This document shows, piece by piece, positions 58,300 through 64,000 of a stretch of 64,000 nt of DNA (positions within the stretch are counted from its first letter, which is position 1; each line of letters starts with the position of its first letter). The notes below the pieces were generated by a model, which saw only the letters and a program-made list of their open reading frames with translations, did not search any database and was not told where the DNA came from. Source of the DNA: an uncultured Acidobacteriota bacterium (GTDB lineage: Bacteria; Acidobacteriota; Thermoanaerobaculia; Multivoradales; UBA5704); NCBI GenBank assembly GCA_963700145.1, contig OY969474.1:1824001-1888000 (forward strand), read 5' to 3'. The position numbers were made by a program, and so were the translations under genes.

Positions 58300-60237
58300 G
58301 TGCGCTGCCGACGGTCCCTGGCGCTCGCCGCCCTGCTCCTGCTCTGCCCGGCCCTGCCGGCCGGCGCCGCGCGCCTGGGCGCCGAGCTGCGGCTCAACGA
58401 GTCCACCGGCTGGTACCAGATCGAGCCGGTCCTCGCCGCGCGGCCGGACGGCTCCTTCCTCGCGGTCTGGAACGACACGTACGACGCCATCGTCGCCCGC
58501 CTCTTCGCCGCCGACGGCCGGCCGCTGGGCGGCGACGTGGGTGTGGGCGTGCGCACCCTCCCGACGGCGGGCCGGTACCTCTATCAGCCGCGGGCCGTGG
58601 CCCTGGCCGACGGCGGCTTCGCGGTGGTCTGGATGGACGGCTTGACGCTGTTCTCCCGCGTCCTCGGCGCGGACGGCGCGCCGCGCGGCCCGGCGTCCCT
58701 CCTCTCGGTGGCGGAGGAGTCTTACCTCTACACCTCGACCCATCCGCCGTCGATCGCTGCGGCGCCGGACGGCGGCTTCGTCGTCGCCTGGCAGCACGCG
58801 ATGGACTTGCCGCCGGCCGTGTTCGGGCGCCGCGAGCTGGTCCGCTGGCGCCGCTACGCCGCCGACGGCTCGCCGGCCGGGCCGCAGGTCGAGGTCGCGC
58901 CGAGCAACGGCGTCGCCGACTGGCCGCGGGTGGCGGTTGACGCGGCCGGCCGGGTCGCAGTGACCTGGCAGAGTGGGAACATCCGGCTCAATCTCTATGA
59001 CGCGGAGGGGAACCTGGCCGAGGGGCCGGTGGAGATCGGCCACGGCTCCACCCACGGCGGCGGCATCCCGCGGTTCGAGCCCGACGGCGAGCTGGAGGTC
59101 ACCTGGCAGAGCGGCGCCGCCTGCGGCCTCCGCCGCTTCGCGCCCTCCGGGGCGCCGCTGGCCGAGACGAAATGGCTCCACAACACCGACGAGCCGTTCA
59201 GCGGCGACTTCGTGTTGCACGCCGCCGTCGCCGACGGCGCCGGCCATCGCCTGCTCGTCTGGTCCCAGAGGAGCACGCGCGACCCCGACGGCGGCGTCCA
59301 CGCGCGCCTCTACGACACCGCCTGGGACCCGCTCGGGCCGCCGTTCCTGCTCAACGCCGCGGCCCAGGCCCACCAGCTCGACGGCGCCGCGGCCGGGCTC
59401 GAGCGCGGCTTCCTCACCGCCTGGGCCGGGGGCGAGCACGAGTCGGGGGCCGGCGTGCCGCTCGGCCACGAGGGACGGTGCACCGGCGACGGCAGCTTTT
59501 TCGGCATCTTCGCCCGCCACCTCGATCCGGAGGCGTCGGGCGCGGCACCGGAGGCGCTGCTCCTGGGCGACGGGCGCTTCGCGCTGGAGGTGGAGTGGCG
59601 GACCGGCGGCGAGAAGGGGACCGGCCGTCCGCTGCCGCACAGCGACGAGAGCGGCGCCTTCTGGTTTTTCGGCCCGGACAACCCCGAGCTGCTGGTGAAG
59701 CTCCTCGACGGCCGGGCCGTCAACGGCCACTTCTGGGTCTTCCACGCCGCGGCGACGAGCGTCGACTACACGCTGACGGTGACCGACCTCGACACCGGCC
59801 GGCAGAGGCGCTACGAGAAGCGCGTGGGACCGCTGGCCAGCGCCGTCGACACCTCCGCCTTCGCCGCCCCGGGCACGCCCGCCGGCCCGGACAAGAGCGT
59901 CTGCGCGGAGGGCCTGCCGCTGCTCCACCTCGGATACGGTGACTTCTACCTGACGGTGACTTGGCGCGACCCGAAGACCGGCGCCAGCGGGCGGGCCTCC
60001 GGCCAGGCACTGACCCGCGACGGCGGCCTGTTCTTCTTCTTCGGCAACGCCAACCCCGAGATCCTGGTCAAGATGGTGGACGGCCGTCCGGTCAACGGCC
60101 ACTGGTGGTTCTTCCACGCCGCCCTGACCGACCTGGAGTACGAGATCGTCGTCCGCGAATCGGACACCGGCGCCGAGCGCACCTACAAGAAACCCGCCGG
60201 CACCCTCGGCGGCGGCACCGACACCCGGGCGTTCTAG
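58300..60237 (+). CDS. Secreted protein with two C-terminal F(W/F)FF...ELLVK.LDG..VNGH.W.F repeat domains
   Basis: Signal peptide, DGxFxVxW beta-repeats, and two ~95-aa internal repeats each ending DTxAF. Confidence 0.8.
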   Translation: MRCRRSLALAALLLLCPALPAGAARLGAELRLNESTGWYQIEPVLAARPDGSFLAVWNDTYDAIVARLFAADGRPLGGDVGVGVRTLPTAGRYLYQPRAVALADGGFAVVWMDGLTLFSRVLGADGAPRGPASLLSVAEESYLYTSTHPPSIAAAPDGGFVVAWQHAMDLPPAVFGRRELVRWRRYAADGSPAGPQVEVAPSNGVADWPRVAVDAAGRVAVTWQSGNIRLNLYDAEGNLAEGPVEIGHGSTHGGGIPRFEPDGELEVTWQSGAACGLRRFAPSGAPLAETKWLHNTDEPFSGDFVLHAAVADGAGHRLLVWSQRSTRDPDGGVHARLYDTAWDPLGPPFLLNAAAQAHQLDGAAAGLERGFLTAWAGGEHESGAGVPLGHEGRCTGDGSFFGIFARHLDPEASGAAPEALLLGDGRFALEVEWRTGGEKGTGRPLPHSDESGAFWFFGPDNPELLVKLLDGRAVNGHFWVFHAAATSVDYTLTVTDLDTGRQRRYEKRVGPLASAVDTSAFAAPGTPAGPDKSVCAEGLPLLHLGYGDFYLTVTWRDPKTGASGRASGQALTRDGGLFFFFGNANPEILVKMVDGRPVNGHWWFFHAALTDLEYEIVVRESDTGAERTYKKPAGTLGGGTDTRAF

Positions 60238-60256
60238 GAGACGCAGCCGGCGCCGG

Positions 60257-61585
60257 CTACGCCGCGCTGAGGGCGCGGCGGCTGCGGCGTTGGGCGCGAG
60301 CGCGGTCGGGGAGGGGGAGATCGCCGAGGGCCTCCAGCGCGCGGCCGCGGCCGCCGCGGAGGATGGCCAGCACCTCGCGGAACTGCTGCTCGGCGCGCTC
60401 GCGGTGGCCGAGGCGGAGGAAGCAGTCGCCCAATAGCACCCGCACCTGGAAGAGGCCGGGCTCGAGGTAGAGCGCGGCGCGGTAGGCGGCAACCGCTTCC
60501 TGCAGGCGGCCGGTGAGGTCGTGGAGGAGGCCGTGGACGGCGTGGGCGGCGGGGTCGGCCGGGTCGGCGGCGAGGGCCGAGGCCAGGTGGTGCGCCGCGG
60601 TGTCGCGCTCGCCGGCGGCGAGGCAGCGGGCGGCGGCGAGGAGGGGCGTCGGGACGACGACCGGCACCGGCACCGGCCGCGACGGCGGCGCCACGGCGGC
60701 GGGCCGCCCGGCCGGGAGGACCGCGGGATCGCCCGCCGCGTCCTGTCCCGCCGCCGGGGCGGCGCGGTGCCGGTAGGCGTAGCAGTCCCCGAGGTCCACC
60801 GCCGCCAGCCCCTCGTGGATCTGCCAGAGGGTCTCGGAAGCGCCGAGGAAGAGGTGGCCGCCCGGAGCCAGGTGGCGCTCCACCTCCGCCATCACCTGCC
60901 GCTGCAGCGGCCGCCGGAAGTAGATCAGCAGGTTGCGCAGCAGGACGAGGTCGAACGGCCCGCCGGGCAGCGCGTACGGGGGGCGGGCCAGGTTGAGCGG
61001 CCGGTAGTCGATGCGGCGCCGCAGCTCGGGGTCGAGCTCGACCAGGCCGCTGCGTGCGCCGTGCGGCGCCAGCCAGCGCGCGGCCGAGGCCGGCGGCACC
61101 TGCGCCACGGCGCGGGCGTTGTAGACGCCGCGGCGGGCGGCGGCGAGCGCCTCCTCGTCGAGGTCGGTGGCGAGGATCGTCCAGTCGCGCCCGGCCAGGG
61201 CCGGGCTCTCGGCGCAGACGATCGCCAGGGTCGCCGGCTCCTCGCCGCGGCCGCAGGCGGCCGACCAGAGGCGCAGCGGCCGCGCGTCGTCGAGGCCGGC
61301 GGCGAGGGCCGGCAGCAGCCGCTCGGCCAGCGCCCGGAACTGCTGCGGCGCGCGGAAGAAGTACCCCTCCTTGACGGTCAGGAGGGCGACCAGGCGCGGC
61401 CACTCGCCCGGCAGCTCGCCGGCGGCGAGCGCCCGCACGTAGGCGTCCACGCCGTCGCGGCCGGCGGCCGCCGCCCGCCGCTCCGCCACTTCGATCAGGA
61501 ACGGCAGGCGCGACGGCGGCAGGTGGTTGCCAGTCGCCTCGCGCACCAGGACGGCGAGCCGCTGGATCGCAGACTCAGCGCTCAT
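60257..61585 (-). CDS. cheR: CheR-type methyltransferase with C-terminal TPR (WspC-like)
   Basis: LTVKEGYFFR, WSAACGRGEEP, ATDL, FDLVLLRNLLIYF and LFLGASE, plus TPR YRAALYLEP. Confidence 0.92.
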   Translation of the reverse strand: MSAESAIQRLAVLVREATGNHLPPSRLPFLIEVAERRAAAAGRDGVDAYVRALAAGELPGEWPRLVALLTVKEGYFFRAPQQFRALAERLLPALAAGLDDARPLRLWSAACGRGEEPATLAIVCAESPALAGRDWTILATDLDEEALAAARRGVYNARAVAQVPPASAARWLAPHGARSGLVELDPELRRRIDYRPLNLARPPYALPGGPFDLVLLRNLLIYFRRPLQRQVMAEVERHLAPGGHLFLGASETLWQIHEGLAAVDLGDCYAYRHRAAPAAGQDAAGDPAVLPAGRPAAVAPPSRPVPVPVVVPTPLLAAARCLAAGERDTAAHHLASALAADPADPAAHAVHGLLHDLTGRLQEAVAAYRAALYLEPGLFQVRVLLGDCFLRLGHRERAEQQFREVLAILRGGRGRALEALGDLPLPDRARAQRRSRRALSAA

Positions 61586-61700
61586 CGTCGCGCCGTGCTC
61601 CCTCCCCCGCGCAGCGGGGGAGGGCCGGGGAGGGGGGTATCGAAGTCAATTGCCTTGCCGGGTGGGTGGCCAGCGGCAGGCCCGCGTGGGTTTAACCAAT

Positions 61701-63125
61701 TCAAGGGCACACCCGGTTCCGGCCGGCCGCCTTCGCCTCGTAGAGGCGGCGGTCGGCGAGCGAGACGAGGAGGTCGCCGTTCAGCCGCTCGGCCAGCTCG
61801 CCGCTCGCCGCGACGCCGAAGGAGGCGCTGATCCGCACCTCCTCGCGCGTCGGCAGCACGATCGAGCTGCGCTCGAGCGCCTTGCGCAGCCGCTCGGCGG
61901 CCTGGCGCGCCGGGTCGAGGTCGACCGAGGGGAGGACGGCCAGGAACTCCTCGCCGCCGTAGCGCCCGAGGACGTCGGTGGCGCGCAGCACGCGGCGCAG
62001 CGCCGCCGCGCCTTCGCGCAGCACGCGGTCGCCGGCCAGGTGGCCGTGGGTGTCGTTGACCTCCTTGAAGTGGTCGAAGTCGCAGAGGATCACCGACACC
62101 GGGTGGCCGTAGCGGCGCGCCCCTTCGAGCTCGACGGCCAGGCGGTCGAGGATGGCGCGGTGGTTGAGCAGGCGGGTCAGGCTGTCGAGGGTCGAGAGCT
62201 CGCGCAGCCGCTGCGCCAGCCGGGCGTTGTCGAGGACCAGCGCGAGATGCCCGGTCAGGCCTTCGCAGAGGGCCCGGGTGCGCGCGTCGAAGGCCTCCGG
62301 CTCGCGCGGCAGGAAGCAGAGGGTGGCGGCGGCGCCGCGCACCGCCAGCGGGAACCAGACGCAGCGGTCGAGATCGATCGGCTCGCCGTCGCCGCGGCCG
62401 CCGCTGAACTCGACCTCGACCGGCGTCGTCGGCCCGAGCTCGAGGCTCTCGACGAGCCGGCCGGTGAGGTCCTCGAGGTCCTCCTCGCGGATCGGCTCTT
62501 GGAGCAGGACGTGGATCATCGCCTCCTCGCTCTCGCCGACCGCGACGGCGAGGAAGCGGGCCGCCACTACCTGGCCGAGGGTCTCGAGGGCCGAGCGGCT
62601 GGCCTCGTCGAAGTCGGGGGCCGCCATGCCGCGCTCGAGGAGCGTGTTGACCAGCGTCGCCTGGAGGAGGCTGCGGTCGAGCTGCCGCGCCACCCGGCCG
62701 AGGACGTCGAGCGGCCCGGCCGGCGGGCCCTCCTCCGGCGGCGCGGCCGGCGGCGCCTCCCGCGCCAGCCGCTCCACCATCTCGATGAGGGCCTGCGGCT
62801 CGTGGGTCTTGGTCAGGTAGCCGTCGGCGCCGGTGCGCAGGCTCCAGAAGCGCGAGGCGGCGCCCGACTCGCCGGTCAGCACCAGGACCGGGATGTGCGC
62901 CGTCGCCGGGTCGGACTTGAGCAGGCGCAGCAGCGGGAACCCCTCGAGGTTCGGCATGTCGAGGTCGGTGACGACGACGTCCGGCCGCTCGCGCAGGGCG
63001 AACACGGCGCCTTCGACGCCGTCGCGCGCCTCGAGCACCGCGAAGCCGGCGCCGCGCAGCGTGCGGGCGAGGACGGCGCGGGTGACGTCGCTGTCGTCGA
63101 CGATGAGGACGCGGCGCTCGCTCAT
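61701..63125 (-). CDS. Response-regulator diguanylate cyclase (REC-GGDEF, WspR/PleD-like)
   Basis: REC motif LIVDDS...TDLDMP. Also DFDHFKEVNDTHGHLAGD and RATD (I-site) followed by GRYGGEEF. Confidence 0.92.
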   Translation of the reverse strand: MSERRVLIVDDSDVTRAVLARTLRGAGFAVLEARDGVEGAVFALRERPDVVVTDLDMPNLEGFPLLRLLKSDPATAHIPVLVLTGESGAASRFWSLRTGADGYLTKTHEPQALIEMVERLAREAPPAAPPEEGPPAGPLDVLGRVARQLDRSLLQATLVNTLLERGMAAPDFDEASRSALETLGQVVAARFLAVAVGESEEAMIHVLLQEPIREEDLEDLTGRLVESLELGPTTPVEVEFSGGRGDGEPIDLDRCVWFPLAVRGAAATLCFLPREPEAFDARTRALCEGLTGHLALVLDNARLAQRLRELSTLDSLTRLLNHRAILDRLAVELEGARRYGHPVSVILCDFDHFKEVNDTHGHLAGDRVLREGAAALRRVLRATDVLGRYGGEEFLAVLPSVDLDPARQAAERLRKALERSSIVLPTREEVRISASFGVAASGELAERLNGDLLVSLADRRLYEAKAAGRNRVCP

Positions 63126-64000
63126 ACCGTCACCCTCTGCCAGGCGCGCGCCAGCGTCCGCCCCAGCTCGCGCGGCGGCAGCGCCAGCTCGGCGGCGCCG
63201 CGCTCCAGCGCCACCCGCGGCATGCCGAAGACGACGGCGCTCGCCTCGTCCTGCGCCATGGTCAGCCCGCCGGCCTGCCGCAGCGCCAGCAGGCCCTCCG
63301 CCCCGTCCTGCCCCATGCCGGTCAGCAGCACCCCGGCCGCCTGCCGGGGGCAGCTCGCGGCGCAGGAGAGGAAGAGCTCGTCGATCGACGGCCGGTGGCC
63401 GGCGCGCGGCGGGCGCTGGGCGTCGAGGCGGAGCGCGCCGTCCGGCTCGAGCAGGAGGTGGGCGCCGGCGCGGGCGATCCGCACCGCTCCCGGCCGCGGC
63501 GCCTCGCCGTCCGCCGCCAGCCGCACGTCGGCGCGCAGCTCGCGGGCGAGCCAGTCGGCGAAGCCCAGCTCGAAGCCGGCGGCGATGTGCTGCACGACGA
63601 GGACGCTGACCGGCGGGTCGGGGAGCAGCTCCGCCAGCAGCTCGCGCAGGGCGGCGGGGCCGCCGGTCGAGGCGCCGACCGCGATCCAGCGCAGGTCGTG
63701 GGGGGAGGGCGCGGCGCACGGCGCCGGCGCGCGGCGCTCCCCGGGCTCCGGCGCCGCCGTCGCGGCGCTCCGCGCCGGGACCGCGCCGGCCAGCTCGCGG
63801 ACCATCGCCGGCAGGCCGGCGGCGAGCTGCTCCCAGCCCGCGGGGTCCTCCGGCTTCGGCAGCACCTCCAGGGCGCCGCGGCGGATGGCCTCGAAGCCGG
63901 TCGTCGTCGCGTCGCGGTTGACGAGAGAGGAGAGGACGACGATCGGCGTCGGCCGCCCGGCCATGATCCGCTCGATCGCGGCGTAGCCGTCGACGACGGG
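63122..64000 (-). CDS. cheB: CheB methylesterase (5' end beyond the window)
   Basis: GASTGGP, VQHI, HRPSID, LLTGMGQDGA and VVFGMP. The frame stays open to the window edge. Confidence 0.92.
   Translation of the reverse strand, partial: PVVDGYAAIERIMAGRPTPIVVLSSLVNRDATTTGFEAIRRGALEVLPKPEDPAGWEQLAAGLPAMVRELAGAVPARSAATAAPEPGERRAPAPCAAPSPHDLRWIAVGASTGGPAALRELLAELLPDPPVSVLVVQHIAAGFELGFADWLARELRADVRLAADGEAPRPGAVRIARAGAHLLLEPDGALRLDAQRPPRAGHRPSIDELFLSCAASCPRQAAGVLLTGMGQDGAEGLLALRQAGGLTMAQDEASAVVFGMPRVALERGAAELALPPRELGRTLARAWQRVTV

Noticed and set aside
55603-60492. Very long alternative-frame ORFs (1629, 1054, 1011, 890 aa and similar)
   Set aside because: They are Arg/Pro/Gly/Ala-rich shadow frames expected at this GC content and overlap well-supported genes. 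Where a real gene lies in the 3' part of such an ORF, the start was trimmed.

Overview
A very GC-rich bacterial chromosome segment. Gene content (TIGR02266-type PilZ protein, DUF5916 protein, zf-HC2/TPR paralogs, FWFF-repeat secreted protein) suggests Acidobacteriota, possibly Thermoanaerobaculia; this is inference only. The left end has two secreted-protein genes (one truncated, one markedly lower in GC) and an IS256 element between two 21-bp-period arrays. The rest is mainly metabolic and stress genes: an ATP-grasp/YbdK/M29-peptidase peptide-ligase cluster, otsBA, a DUF1998 helicase, UdgX, a selenocysteine formate dehydrogenase operon with a visible SECIS hairpin, rocD, glk/pgi, osmC, bactofilin, an MFS transporter, an M1 peptidase, a small TA pair and the end of a Wsp-like cheB-DGC-cheR cluster. 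Three observations stand out. (1) Two paralogous cassettes each pair a small secreted peptide carrying a C-terminal G-x-x-x-D-[GP]-N-G motif with a cytoplasmic zinc-finger/TPR protein, a candidate undescribed peptide-signalling system. (2) Between those cassettes lies a PilZ-TM-AMIN / amidase / MamK-like actin gene run with no magnetosome genes. (3) Three sequence-unrelated tandem arrays share a 21-bp period and a palindromic core. All family assignments come from motif recognition by eye; no database search was run.
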